A DNA stretch of 64,000 bases from Octopus sinensis (lineage: Eukaryota), in contig NC_043016.1 of the NCBI RefSeq assembly GCF_006345805.1, positions 15,252,001-15,316,000 of the forward strand, in the 5' to 3' direction. The notes beneath the pieces are model-generated. The model was given only the letters and a program-made list of their open reading frames with translations, was not told where the DNA came from and searched no databases. A program made the translations under genes and the position numbers. Shown here one piece after another: positions 49,626-63,594 of the stretch (the first letter of the stretch is position 1; every line of letters starts with the position of its first letter).

Positions 49626-52499
49626 ATTTTAAATCATTTTTATTGTATGTATATAAGTATATATGTTTATATAATTCTCAGTATCTATCAGTGATATTTT
49701 TCTTTATTGCACTAGCTCTAATATACATGTTATGAAAAACCTATTGTAATGGCAAGTTTAACTAACTTGATTAAACGTTTTATGTAACCGACATCTCAAT
49801 ATGTTCTGGGTGTTATATATATTTTAGGAGATTATAGTTTAGTAATATACAATTAAATATAATGCAATAAGTTTTTTGTTTTCTGCTATTGCCATATTTT
49901 AATCATTATTTATTGCTAATATTTAGGTAGAGCCATCTCAGTTTCTGTCACACATTCATCATGGTATGTTGCTCATCATCATCATAGTACTGTGAAATGA
50001 TCCCAACATCGTTTTAATGTTAATCTCAATAATTATTTGCTATAAAAGATCTTTTAATTGTAAATATTAGCAAAAATATTGTTAAAGCTGCTTCAAAATA
50101 AGATTCATTACAACAACCCTTTTCAATTATACAGATGTTATGTATGCCTTAGATATATGTGTCTTTATATCCTTTTCATGAAATACATAGTGCTTAAATT
50201 TAATTTTTGATAAACTTTGGTTTTTCATGATTTTCTTTCTTGATTTCAAGCCTAGTTAAAAATCTGTTAAAAATTCTTTTTGTTTTAAAAAGAACAGATT
50301 TTGAAAGTGATTCTACATAAATATGTCATTAGGTGTTATATCAAGATTTAAAAAAAAACAAAAGACAATTTCTTTGTTTCGTGTTTATTTTTATATTTAA
50401 AGAAATTTTAGTTTGGTTTTTTTTTTTTTTTTAAATGAATTTTGTTTTAAAGAAAGCTGGTTTAATTCAGAAAACTAAGAATTTTTTTATTTGAAAATTT
50501 ACTAACTCCTCATGCAAAGAAGAAGTATTTTTAAATTGATGCAGTTACATGCATGTTGTTTTGGTATGTTTACGGTTTCATAAAACGTTATTTTCACAAT
50601 GTATTAGAAGTTATCTCAAATCAAGGTTACTATTTTCAGTTTTAAGAATTAAAAACTTAATTTAAATTTTAACCTAACACAAAGTTTTATACAGAATTTA
50701 GAATCCAAATGTTAAAACGTTTTACCTTTATCTTTGATTAATTTATTTTCAATTTTATTCTTGAGAGAAAATGAAATTCTTTTGAGGTAGCATGTCTTCC
50801 AAAATAAATTAAGTACTTGGACATTTTTCTGAAGCATCAACATCTTGCATATTTCTGTGATAAATATTGACTTCCCTGATAGTTTCATTGGTTCCTTTCT
50901 CTCTTTTCTCCAGTTAGCGTATTCCTCTGATGTTGTATTTCTTCATTTATTTTATACTTGGACTAGGATTAAACTTATAAAAATAAATTGCTAATAGGTT
51001 TTAATGCTTTTATCCACATTTTCACAACACAACCATCAATTTCAGTGATATTCAGTCCAATGTGCAACTACATTGAACTGAGTTACTGAGATTTTTTTTC
51101 CTCTCCACTATACATACTACCTCTGATTTTTCCTTTTTCTTCTTATTTTCTCTTTTTAAGTTTCTAGTGTAGTTATTTACCTGTAATGAATTCCTCATAC
51201 ATGTCATTCCATTTCTTACTGTTTCTTTCATTCTCTTGTGAACTGATGTTTTTCAGGTTTGATCTGTAAAAATCGTTATGTTACCTTCAAATAACTGTTT
51301 TTACAAATGGTTTAGTATATTTTATATGTAATTCTTCAATCCACCCATCTCGTTGGTAAATTTTATCCAAAGCATTTTCTACTGAGTATGGTATTACTAT
51401 TGAATGTGTGTTGAGTATAAAAGGATTAGGGTGGTCTGCTGTTTATAATGGAGTTAATTGTTTGCTAACATATATATAAGCGAGGTTGTGGTTTAAGTGA
51501 TGCTTTCATCAGTTGTATATCCTTAAAATATCCCATAAATATGTCGGTTGTTATTTGTGATAAGGGAAATTTCAAAGCCATCTTTTTTTTATTTTTATTG
51601 TTATTATTGTTTCAGTTGGAAGTGAATACTTAATTGCAATAACATTTTCATTTTGCTTATCAAGTACTATTTTTATTGTCTCTTGCTATATGTCTTTTTC
51701 CAGGCTGATTCTGACAACTGATACTGCTTCACTGGTTAGAACTGTTCTGAACAAGGCTAATCATTTGATTTTGATCAATTCTACTTTTGCATACTGACAT
51801 TAAGCCTTATTTGAACTCTAACTTTGTATTTTTGGTTAACTTGTTTTGTTATGAGCTGTCATTATTATATGCAAGTTAGTTCTTGTTCTGTAATAAACTA
51901 TACAACTTTATTGTTAAGGTAGGTTCTTTATTTTACCTCAAAGCAGTATGATTAGTGTGTTAGACTATTTCCTTTCTATTTTTATATTAACCATTCTGAC
52001 ATCCGCCTGTCTCTGACTGCTTCTACTTCTATGATACATGACTTTATCCCAGCAAATTGTTGATTACTTTCAAAGTTAACTGAACTATGCAGGCTGTACT
52101 TTTTATTAGAAATCTGGTCACAATTCATGCTCGAAAGTTATATATTGTCATCTTGCTTGCATTTGCTTTTGGATCTCATTCATTATACTAAAGGCGGTGC
52201 TCCAGCATGGCCGCAGTCGAATGACTGAAACAAGTAAAAGAGTATTATACCTGACCTCAGCTATATTTTGGTTAACTCCTGACATAGCTTAATCTCAGAG
52301 AAATTGAACGTGCGCATATAAAGTATTTGATTCCAATAGCTTGACTTCTTGGACTAAATGCCTTTGCTTAAATGTATTTCCTGAGCAAAACCTTTCCGAG
52401 TGAAGAAAGCTAGGTTGGCATGCTTCTTACTGTAACATTTTTTGCGAGAAAAAGGAAAGAAACATTCATATAATCAAGTATTTAAATACATACAAAGAG

Positions 52500-52830
52500 T
52501 GCGCCAAATGCAAGTTGTCAGGTAGAACAGATTCCTGTACCAAGTTAGGTAGATATTTATGTCATGGTTTTCACATTGTCTGTTTCCCGGGGTTGAACTA
52601 CTTGTTTGAGTACCACTATCATGCAAGAAAGACTCAAATTCAGAAGACATGAATTCTTTGGTTGGAATAATGGACATATTCAGTTGAAGACAAAACATAA
52701 GTATTATGCTCAAGCATGAGATGACATTTATTGAAGGAATTTTGAGAACAATGAGAATATTCATTGATAACAATCAAGATATTTAGTGTAAGACAATGAA
52801 GGTACCAGACCTTTAAAACCAACGCCTTTG
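52500..52830 (-). mobile_element. Possible decayed Gypsy integrase fragment
   Basis: ILIVINEYS and KEFMSSEFESFLHDSG..NRQCEN resemble integrase core motifs. Confidence 0.35.
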
Positions 52831-55800
52831 TGGTGAAAGGGACACAGATCGGATGAACTGATGTAATATTAGGATTTTAACATGTTGGTGAATGTAACAT
52901 CTGGATATGATGCATTTAATGTTGTGCCTTGAATATGGAAGATTTTGTACTTGATCAAAATGCAACAATATTGTATCACAGATAGCAGAGGGATTTGTGG
53001 AGCCCTAAAAGGTTACTTCTGTAAAGAAATGCCATGTAAATAGTATATCTGTAGCAGCGTTAAAGAATCCTGGACAATGTAAAAATTAGCAGAGTGGCAT
53101 TATCTAATATTTAGTATTTTATTTTTTATGTTATGTTTCAATAATATGAGCTACAGATTTCAGATCTGTCACTAATCATTTGCCTAAAAATAAAAAAAAT
53201 TAAAATGGTGCCATATTTTTGGCAGCCTAGAATACAGGTAGATTTAGATGAAAATTTACATTGTCATTTTGGATTTACAAGCAACTTTTAAGAATTTAGA
53301 TAAAACTGTTTCTTTTTGGCATTACCATATATGGTTATTTCATCTAAATAGGTGTACATTTATTTTCATGAAAAAGATTAAAAGATTCTTTGTAATCATT
53401 TGAAATACTCAATGTCATTTATAAGACATTTAAGCTAAAACAGTTGATGATCTGAAACGATAAATACTAATGTAATGGTACTAAATACCTATGTTATCTA
53501 AGTAGGTGAATTTAAACCTAAAAAAGTGAAGTACCAGCATCCTTTTAGTGTTACAGCCAACATGTACCTGTACACACTAGAACTTGATAATGTTTTCTTT
53601 TCAGCATTTTACTCATTTTTGGCTGGAAGAACTCTGCTGGATTAAAATTTATAGGATTTTGTAATTACAAAAGTTTAAAATCTAGCAACTAATTAGAAAA
53701 AAAACTGGACAAATTGTTTTATTATTAAAAAATTGATGTTACCTTTATGAGCTAGTCCCACCCCTCAAAATTTCAGGCCTTGTGCCTGTAGTAGAAATAA
53801 TAATAATTATTATTATTGGCAACCAAATATCAAACCTCCATGTGTGACTGGGGACCACCAAAAATTACACTTTAAGCAGGTAAAAGTTTACTACATAAAA
53901 AAAAAGCACTGAGTATAATTCCTGTACAACAATCAGGTAGGAGATGAAAACGTTTTTTTTCTATGGCTGGTCTTTTAACTTTAATTCTAGTTCCACAGAA
54001 ATCTACATGAATGAGCATGCCAACCTGTTTTTGAAAGATTCTGTCGATGAGGTATGTCTGTTAAAAGGATAACCCTTAGGTTATGCATAAGTTATTAGGA
54101 GATGAATTATTCATAATTACCTTTGTCAATGTGTCCTTTTATAGAAATTTCATAAATGGCTGTCAGTGATAGTCTTTTAAAGCATAAAGTATATAGGCAA
54201 GTGTTACAAACATGTTGCAGAAAATTATCTCATAAACAATGCCTTTCATACCCAACAAGGTACTGAATTTTCTTCTTGAAGAGCATTCATAGATTTGCAT
54301 GTTTTTTGTGGCTATTCTCAATGCACAAACCTACATCTAAAGCTGAAGTCAGAGCTAAATTCAGGTTCATATTTCAACTTTGTCTTTCCATCCGTCTGGG
54401 GTAGATAAAACAAAATATTACGTACCGGGGTTGATGATATTTGACTGACCACCCTCTCCCCAGCTCTTTTTCAAAATTGTTGGCCTTTTGTCTAAATCAG
54501 AAACAGTTATTACTTTTATTTACATAAAATATTACAATTATACTTGATTTCACTTGGAGATGCAAACAGCTGAGATGAAAAAATAAAAAAGACATTGCTT
54601 AGTTTGGTTCTTTGTTATTTTATGAAGATAATGGGGTTGTTTTTTTCCTGATTAGGGAATTGGTCTTATTATTTCTCTGAATTTTATATTCTTCATTATC
54701 TGAGTAATAACATTGGTTAAAGGTCTACAGATATAATGGCACGAGTGAAAAGTATATTGGAGCAAATCTAGCAAATGCCTGGATTTTTATCAGTTTTCCT
54801 TTCTCAATAATATCCATGTCATATTTATATATAACATGATCAAAAATGTTCCCTCCTTAGCCATCCTCCATGTTCTTGTATATCACAGACTACCTTGTCC
54901 AATGTGTCCCTTTTTTAAAAAACAGCAATGTATGACTTGAGTGAATTTGGCTGCTATTTTTAGCAACTTTGTAGGGGTTTGTCTAACTCTAAAGATGTTT
55001 CGTTAGAAGACATATAACTTATCAATGTAAATAACCTGAGCTCTTAAACTGATGTTTGATTTATTAGTTTGCAATACTGAGTTCAGTTTCTCATGCATAA
55101 AAAGCTACTTGCAATAGATAAGTGTCTTATCTGGGAGGGAGATTTGTCTATATATTAATACAGAAACTAACTGAAAATTAACACCTGCCCCATGGATACT
55201 TACAATTCTTAAAAAGTGGGTTACTTGTTGGGAAATAATATCCTCTTAATCATTTGATTAGTTTCAATGTATTTGAAGCAGTTATTAAGGTCCACAGAAC
55301 TTAGTTGAATTAATGTAGCTTTTTAGCTTTGTAAGAGAAATAATCCTCATTCAATAACCTCAAAAAACATACCCTCATTCTATTTTTTTCTTTGTGTACA
55401 TTTCATTGCAAGAACTAATTCATCTTGAGATATTGTTTTGCTATTAAAAACAATTCCTTTTCTCACGTCCTCTTAACATTGTAAATCCCTCTATAACTTG
55501 TCTTTTAATGTTGTATTTAGACTCTTGCATATTTTCCTATCTTTTTTTTTTTTTTTGTTCTTATATGTTCTGATTTGGCAGAGTATACTGCCAACATGCA
55601 GCCCACTTCCTGGTTGAGCCAAAAGCTCTAGTCAAAGACATGCAATAGATTGCATTTGAAATGTAAATACTTCAGCTTTCTCATGCATTTATCACTTATT
55701 TTACAGAAATTCTTCCTACACGCAATAAGGTCTCTCTCCCTTTTTTTTTTTTTTTTTTTTTCATAATGGTTTCAGTCTAGACTCGAGTTAAAATTGATGA

Positions 55801-58800
55801 TGCAATTGTAACTATCACTGTCTTTCATTCTGACCACATTTGGCTGGAATGTTGATTACCCGGCTTTCTGGTGTCTCTTGGACTATCTCTTTCATAAGAC
55901 TCAGACGCCTTGTGCTGTCTTCATTTGAACACCACAACAGTGAGACCAATACTGTTGATATTCAATTTAGTTAGAGTTGAGAGAAGGTTTGGGTGATGAA
56001 TAACAGCAGTAACTGAATGATCCAATGTAATGGATTTAGAGATTATGGTGGTTTGAAGATGAAAAGAGGAGGTTAAGGCTGTTTCAGTATACTGTAGCCA
56101 TATCTGCTATGCATACCAGAGTTACCACCCTTGGCAATATCACTATTTTATGTGAGTAAATGACCACGAGTTTATGGAGGGTTACAACTAATTGGATAGA
56201 CACTGTATATCCCTAATAATTTAGACTCTTGAGCAAAATGAACTCGGCTCATAAAGCAGGAAATCTCAGCTCTTCTTAATGCTAATCCACTGCTATTATT
56301 TTACTTTAAAAGTAAATGATAATAATCACTTGACAGATCTTAAGGGAATTTCTACATCATGTTACTTAGATCTCTTACATTGAGACCCTTGATTAAAACA
56401 AAGTCTTTGCTGTTGTCAAGAAGAAGAAAAATACCTTTGATTTGATATTGAATGAAAATTTCCTCATTACCATTGTTATTCAGTCAGAAGATTTCTGACA
56501 AGATCTTTCTAAACATAAGCTGGCATAGCTCTTTCTGAGTTGCAGAATGTCTTAACTCTTCAGTATTTAGATTATTCTGTCAAATGTATTGCTTATTCAT
56601 TCACACTATTTTAAATTAATCACGCATTATCCCGTAGCTTCAAGATTTCAATGATGCTATTATTTTTTAGAATGACATTGAGAGGCTGTACTTAACTAAT
56701 TTGAACATAAAACATAGAATATCTGTACCTGAGATGGCTGATTTCAATGCTAAAGGTTTAAAGCTCATTGCATTTTCCCCACTCTACTTTTATTCCAGTC
56801 ACACTCCTGTGTTACTAGAATTAATTCTCTATCTTTTACTTCTGACTTTATCTGCACAACCTAAAAAGCTGCCATATCTCGTTAAACTTTTTTGATAGAG
56901 ACATCCAAAATATTCTATAATTTGAACTTGACAACTTCAATGGTACTGACACTCAGATATTAACTTTGAACAGCTGCTAACTTCTCAGAAAGCTTAGATA
57001 TGTCTTATACAGAATTACTGCACACTAATTAGGCGCAGTTCTCCAACTACACAAAAATACATTCTAGTCAGTGTGTATTAAAGGAGCAACCCCCAACCCT
57101 CTTCAGTTAGACAATATTCCATACAGATCCCGCAATAACCATAGCTTTGAGTTAGTTGACAGTGTGCAATTTTCTTATCTAAATCCATTCAAATCCTTCA
57201 TTATCTCTACTCTTTCTAATCAACACTCAGAAACAAACTTTACCAAATCCTTCAGAATTTCCTTTCAGCTTGTGTTTTCTACTTGGCGAGTAGAGACTTG
57301 TCAGATAAAAAACAATAATTGAGAGAAGCTTCAAATATTTTTTATTTGCTTATAGTGGTTCTCAACCAGATTCTGCTGTTAAAATTTATGAGCAATAAAT
57401 TGGATATACTTCTACAATGAATGAAATATATTAATTTTTTTTTTTCATTATTACAATTCCTAATAATACTTGATTATAAAAATCTAATAGGATTTTTAAC
57501 ATACCAAATGGCTATGAGGGTCCATCTGATTAAACTAGGAACCAAAGGGGTTCCATAGGTGGAAGATGGTTGAGAGCCACTGGATCCTTCTGAATCAATA
57601 GTTGTGTAATGTTTTTTGATTATTTTACTTTTCACAAACATTAGATGGTCCACTCGATTAGTTTAGAATTACTCACCAACATGGCTCTTTGACCAATAGA
57701 CATTTTGATTCTCTACACTCCTCTTTGAAAGTAAAATGCTTTTGTACCGCACCCACCCAGGTTGCTCGACTGATTTATTCCTCTTTTATCATCTCACACC
57801 CTTCATACAAACCACTATGGCCAATTCTGCCTTCCCAAAGCATCAATACTCAAGAATTCCTTCCTGTAGTTGTTGACTTACTGTTTGATTAGGGCTCATA
57901 AAAGCCATAAGTACAATGCTTTCTTCAAGATCAAACAAAAACTTAAGGTCTCAGTCCACCCCTGTACTTATGATTGAAGTCGGTGTGCCTTGACACCAAG
58001 GTATACACCGACAACCTTACTTACATTTATGATCTGAAACAGTAGATAACTACAGTATATTTTTATGAACAAGGCAAGTATTTAAGTTTCTAAGTTCACA
58101 AAATTTGAGAGGAAATATTAAATATGCAACAGAAGGTCATAATTTCGGTAATCAACAGCTGGGCTAAAATATCACATGTTAAGAAAAACCGTCATGGATG
58201 GTATCTTCAGAAGTCCTACATTAATTCATCTACATGGGACACCAATGTAATATTCATCTAAAATATACTAATTAAAACCTTAATCAAGTATGAACACCCC
58301 AAAAAAAAAAAAACTTATGCCGTATTATAGAAACTGTTTCTCCCTGACATGGGATTGTAGGTTTCCATATACACCTAATCATTTACCTGAACAGTTGAGT
58401 ACATTTCTAATCATTTAAGCAATAACCTTGAGAAACTGCAGAGTTAATAATGAGAGATAACAATATAAACATCATCAAAGAAGAATGTGGAAAGAAACTT
58501 ATTATTTAGTAATAGATAAGAAAAAGCAAGTAATCCCTTTGAGTTGAGTAAAAATGCTTTAATTATGGGCTGATTTGGTAAAATGTTAGATTGACAGGGA
58601 TCACTTTGATGAAATTTATTTAAATATACAAAAGAGCAAACCTATGTAAATAGTGTGTGTTGTAGAGAATGTTGAGGTGAATAATGAAATACATTAGACA
58701 AATGTAAGTAAATGTCTTAGTAATCTCTCCTCTGTCAGAAAAAGGGATTTTGGTCCTCTTTGGGGCACTGTCCAGAGACTATGTATCCATCTAATGTCTG

Positions 58801-59156
58801 TTCATTGAGAGATTGTATAACCATAGGTATATGGTAAGTGGATTTTCTTATTTAGTGACACCCATACATGTCCTAATAGTTAGGGGATTGTGAGATCGTG
58901 GTTCCTGGACTGGGTGGTGTGTTGTTCCTTGAGCTTCATTTCACACGGCTCTGCTACGATCACTTTAACATCTGATGTGTGGCACATCATACACCTTTAC
59001 AGGTAATGTTAATTTGATGGAGAAAGTGAGCTAAATTTCAGCACAAACATTTAATCACTATAAACAAATCATCTGTGCAGATCGTTTAGAAAAGAAATCA
59101 TAGAATCGTGTTTCTCAATGTATATATATATAAATCATCATCTGGTTGGGTTAAGT

Positions 59157-59316
59157 GATAGTATGTTGCCAACTTAATGTGACAGTCCCATGAAAGGGAA
59201 GAATGCTACTGGTATTTAAACCCTAGGAAGCACTGTTTCCTGTTGGACTTGACACATTTCTTGTAGCACTCTTTCCCTTTCATGTGACTGTCACATTAAA
59301 TTAACAACATGCTATC
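59157..59316. repeat. MITE-like hairpin, ~53-bp arms
   Basis: gatagtatgttgccaacttaatgtgacagtcccatgaaagggaagaatgctac pairs with 59263-59316. Confidence 0.9.
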
Positions 59317-60829
59317 ATTTTATCGTGCTGCTACTGTATAAATCTCTCTCGGAGATTTAGAAATATATTATTTCTATGGTTGGGTTAACTTGCCCAGACC
59401 ATTGGCTTTTTAATACCTGAATGTCTCATCTGCACACACCACAACTACAGTACTTAGTTCACTAAATGAAATGGTTGATCCTGACCATTGACAACCTGGA
59501 ACTCCTGAACCAGGGGCCTATTACTAGATGCAGTTTAAAGCCATACCCAGGACATTTTATGTATATATATATATATATGAAACCATCCCCTCCCACAATA
59601 TATAGTCCCTTTTCTCCCCTCTTGCCATGCCTCATCTTAACACCTTGCATACCTGCTATCTTTCCTAGCACTCGTTTGCCACGTGTTCACTCTCTATAGC
59701 TATTCCTTTTATCCCTCTAAATCTCCCTCTCCACACTCCTGTGCCTTGCTCTTCTTCTCTTACTCCCTGAACTATCATCCCTGAGCCACTCCTATCTCTC
59801 TCTTTCTACTCCTACCCATACCTCAATTTCCCATCAAGCTGCACCACCTCTCCTCTTCACCACCTCTATCCTCACATCTAACCATCAGTTACTATTCCCA
59901 CCATGTCATCTCTTGCTTCCTGAAGGTTTTGCTCTGGTACCCCACTGCTTCCATCTTACCTTTTTCTAGATACTCCCAGCCACCCTTATAATATAAAAGT
60001 GGGATAGCCATGTATCTACTCCATAGCAAGACATCTCTGCTTGTCCCTGGAATAAAATCTCCACACCACCACCTCAAAAACTGCACTCACCCCCACACAC
60101 TTAGTTAAGGGAGCTTTCCCCTTTCCTTCCTTGTTCTTTTCTCACAAGTTACTTGCCAACCCTGCTAGTGCAGGTTCTACAGAAAAAGAAAAAAACACCC
60201 GTTACCCACTGCAATTTGATTAGCATTAGAAAGGGTGTCCAACTGTAGAAACCATGCCAAAAATGACACTGGAATATGATGCTCCCCTGTGGATCACTGG
60301 GTCCTATCAAACTTGCCATCAGGGAAAATAAACATTTAAGGATGATACACACTATATGGGTATATGGACTCTGAAGTAAAACCCATATAAGACTTCAGGA
60401 TAAGTTTGAGTTGACTAGTTTATTGGAATATGTCTATTCTATTATGCATTTACATTATCCAAAACGAGCTTAGTGCTTCAATAATCATTTAATTATCTTT
60501 TGTTTGAAATGAAGAAATCCAAATCAATCAGTCGGAATGAAGACAATGTCTGTGTCATTTCTCTGTTTATTTTCAGGCAAAAACCTTTAATGCAGATCCA
60601 TGTAAGCTATTCCATGCCTCAAACCTGCCTCTGCTATAAGAGAAATAATAATTCCACAACTCCTGTGCAAAACTGGATCTGGGAATAATAATAAAGCTGG
60701 GCCATCAACCTAATTCATGAACTTGTTATTATTTTATTCTTGTATTTTATTCCTTAACTGCTCTTACTTATTGGGCTGTGGCCATACTGGAGCACCATTT
60801 TCAATCATCAACCCAGCACCCAATCTTCA

Positions 60830-61176
60830 ATGCCAGCGCCGCCCCTACTGGCTTCTGTGCCAGTGGCACATAAAAAGCACCATCCGAACGTGGCCGTTGC
60901 CAGCGCCGCCTTGGCTGGCTTCTGTGCCGGTGGCATGTAAAAAGCTCCAACCGACCGTGGCCGATGCCGGACCCCCCCCCCCCTGGCACCTGTGCAGGTG
61001 GCACGTAAAAAGCACCCACTACACTCGCGGAGTGGTTGGCATTAGGAAGGGCATCCAGCTGTAGAAACTCTGCCAGATCAGACTGGAGCCTGGTGCAGCC
61101 TTCTGGCTTCCCAGATCCCCGGTCGAACCGTCCAACCCATGCTAGCGCGGAAAACGGACGTTAAACGATGATGATG
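60830..61176 (+). mobile_element. Young RTE 3'UTR copy with about three ~60-bp units
   Basis: gtggcacgtaaaaagcacccactacactcgcggagtgg...ggacgttaaacgatgatgatg. Confidence 0.9.
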
Positions 61177-61396
61177 AACCCAGTAGTTTTTTTTCTATTT
61201 ATTTTATAGGTCAGCATTTGGCAAAGCATTGAGTTATGCAACATAAAGGTACACAGTACTGATCTCCTTTTTAGACTGCTATTAACATTTACACATAAAC
61301 ATGCCTGCACATGTTTATTATATCAAAACAACGATAGCCTACTTGAGTTTTGCCAAACAGTTCGTCAGATCTGTTTTTGCAATGTTTACCATAGTC

Positions 61397-61442
<46 letters not shown>

Positions 61443-61479
61443 TTCTGATGCTTTGTTTTCCCAGAAAGAAAAGGGAATG

Positions 61480-62180
61480 TCACATCACTTCAGATTGTCT
61501 TTGAAGCACAAGAGTGGCCTTCCAACTGACATTCCTGTTGGGAATTGGCCAAAGAATTCTGATATCACTCATACATGAGAGATGACCATCTAAGCTGGTT
61601 TTGACGACAATGGCTTCAATAGTTGATATGTTGCATTTTGTCAGTACCTCACTGTTATGAATATGGCCACTTGGTTGGAGATAATACGCAAGCATCGCAT
61701 GTGAAAAGCATCAGACTGATTGATATACTCTCAGTACAGAGTCCAAGATTCAGCATCCCAAAGCAATGATGTCAAAACTACCGATATTTTTACATCTTCC
61801 TAGGGAAACAAAGCATCAGAACACGGGACCTGGTGCCAGTCCTGCTTCTCCTCAGTTCAAAGATTTGAGCAAAGTCAATTCCAACATCAGGACCAGCTTC
61901 ACACAAACATGAAGGTACACTGGCAGAACACTACTCCTCTAAATGGAAACCTTACCTGTCATTGCGGTTTTGTGGTACAAAGCAAAACAGACCTTGCCAT
62001 CCGCTCAATAAAACACACAGTAAATAATCCACAAGCACTCGAGCAAGCTGATTCCGCAACTTGTTCCATTTGCCAAATGGTTTGCAAAGCACCAACTGTC
62101 CTCAAGAGACATATTTGTGTCCATAGAACATGATTAAAGCTTTATTTTACTGAACCCTCATTTGTCGTTCATGATGAGAG
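61480..62180. mobile_element. RTE (BovB-like) 3' fragment with inverted 5' segment
   Basis: Minus 61765-61480: AESWTLY..DAFHMRCLRI..NSEVLTKCNISTIEAI..FKDNLK. Plus 61762-62133: NDVKT..GTWCQSCFSSVQRFEQ..CSICQMVCKAPTVLKRH. Confidence 0.8.
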
Positions 62181-62388
62181 ACTCCATCATATTTCACTTA
62201 GGCATTGCAATACTAATAACCTGGTGTTAGAACTCAATATACATATGCTTGAGTACAAAATCTCAGTTGAATACAGAACCATTATAAGAAATTGGGTTGA
62301 CAAAGGAAATAGACAATTATGCTCAGGGCTGGATTAAGGCCTATAGAGAACCCTAAGCACTTAAAAGATTTTGGGTGCCCCCATACAT

Positions 62389-62765
62389 CATCATTTAACG
62401 TCCGTTTTCCATGCTGGCATGGGTTGGACGGTTTGGAGTCTGGGAAGCCAGGAGGTTGCACCAGGCTCCAGTCTGATCTGGCAGAGTTTCTACTGCTGGA
62501 TTCCCTTCCTAACACCAACCACTCCAAGAGTGTAGTGGGTACTTTTTACGTTCCACTGGCACAGGGGCCAGAAGAGGCTGGCAGTGACCACAATTAGTTG
62601 GCACTTTTTACGTGCCACAGGCATGAAAGCCAGTCAAGGTGGCACTGGCATTGGCCATGTTCGGGTGGTGCTTTTTATGTGCCACCGACATAGGTATCAC
62701 AACTACAATTTCCATTTGATTTTGACCTTCTAGACTCAATAGATCTCCTCAAGCATAGCATGTCA
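62389..62765 (-). mobile_element. RTE 3'UTR copy
   Basis: catcatcatttaacgtccgttttccatgctggc...; inverted relative to 60830-61176. Confidence 0.9.
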
Positions 62766-63079
62766 CCCTATCTTATTAAAATATAAACAATAATAAACCA
62801 TAAAATAAATAAACTTTTATTTTTCAAAATGAAGCAAAATTTATATTTATATTTGAAGAGTTTTCTATTTTTTTTAATTGCAAAGTCTTTGATCACGATG
62901 AACACTTCAAAATCATAATTCTGGTTATAAACCACTTTGAATATTATTTTAGCTAGTTTAATATCATTTTTATCTTTTGTGCCATAAACCATTTACCATT
63001 TCTGTGGTGCTCCTCCTGCCTTTGATACCCTAAGCATGTGCTTACTTTGTTTAATGGCTAATCCAGTGCTGATTATGCT

Positions 63080-63273
63080 GTGAACTTCATTAACTCACAG
63101 TTGTTTCTGCAATAAGGTGCAATGCACTCATAATTGAGTGCTTGAATATCACATTGTAGCTGCACTGAAGCTTCGTGTTTGATGCTCTGATGAATCTATA
63201 CTGTGATACTCAAGCACTCAGTTATGAATGCATTGCATCTTGCAGCAGAAACGGCTGTAAGCTAAGGAAGTTC

Positions 63274-63275
<2 letters not shown>
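63080..63275. repeat. MITE-like hairpin, ~80-bp arms, 36-nt loop
   Basis: 63080-63159 pairs with 63196-63275 (gtttctgc..tgcaatgcactcataattgagtgcttg / caagcactcagttatgaatgcattgca..gcagaaac). Confidence 0.88.
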
Positions 63276-63310
<35 letters not shown>

Positions 63311-63499
63311 TAGCATGGAAAGCAGACGTTAAACGATGATGATGATGATGATGATAGGTAACAAAGAATATGAAAGTACTCAGTAATTTGAAGGAATGTG
63401 TTTAATGTGATTTCAGCTGAAATCAACATTTGCAACTATTAACAGTTTCCAATGGAGAAACTTGCATAGCAGACATATTTATGTATATATATATATAAT

Positions 63500-63551
<52 letters not shown>

Positions 63552-63594
63552 TAACAGCTGTAAAAAATCTTGCAAATCACCTCATCAGTGTTCT

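Noticed and set aside
57677-57770. Minus-strand exon-like frame (..KEECRESKCLLVKEPC) with GTGAGT donor
   Set aside because: No polypyrimidine acceptor and an in-frame stop upstream; may be decayed TE sequence.
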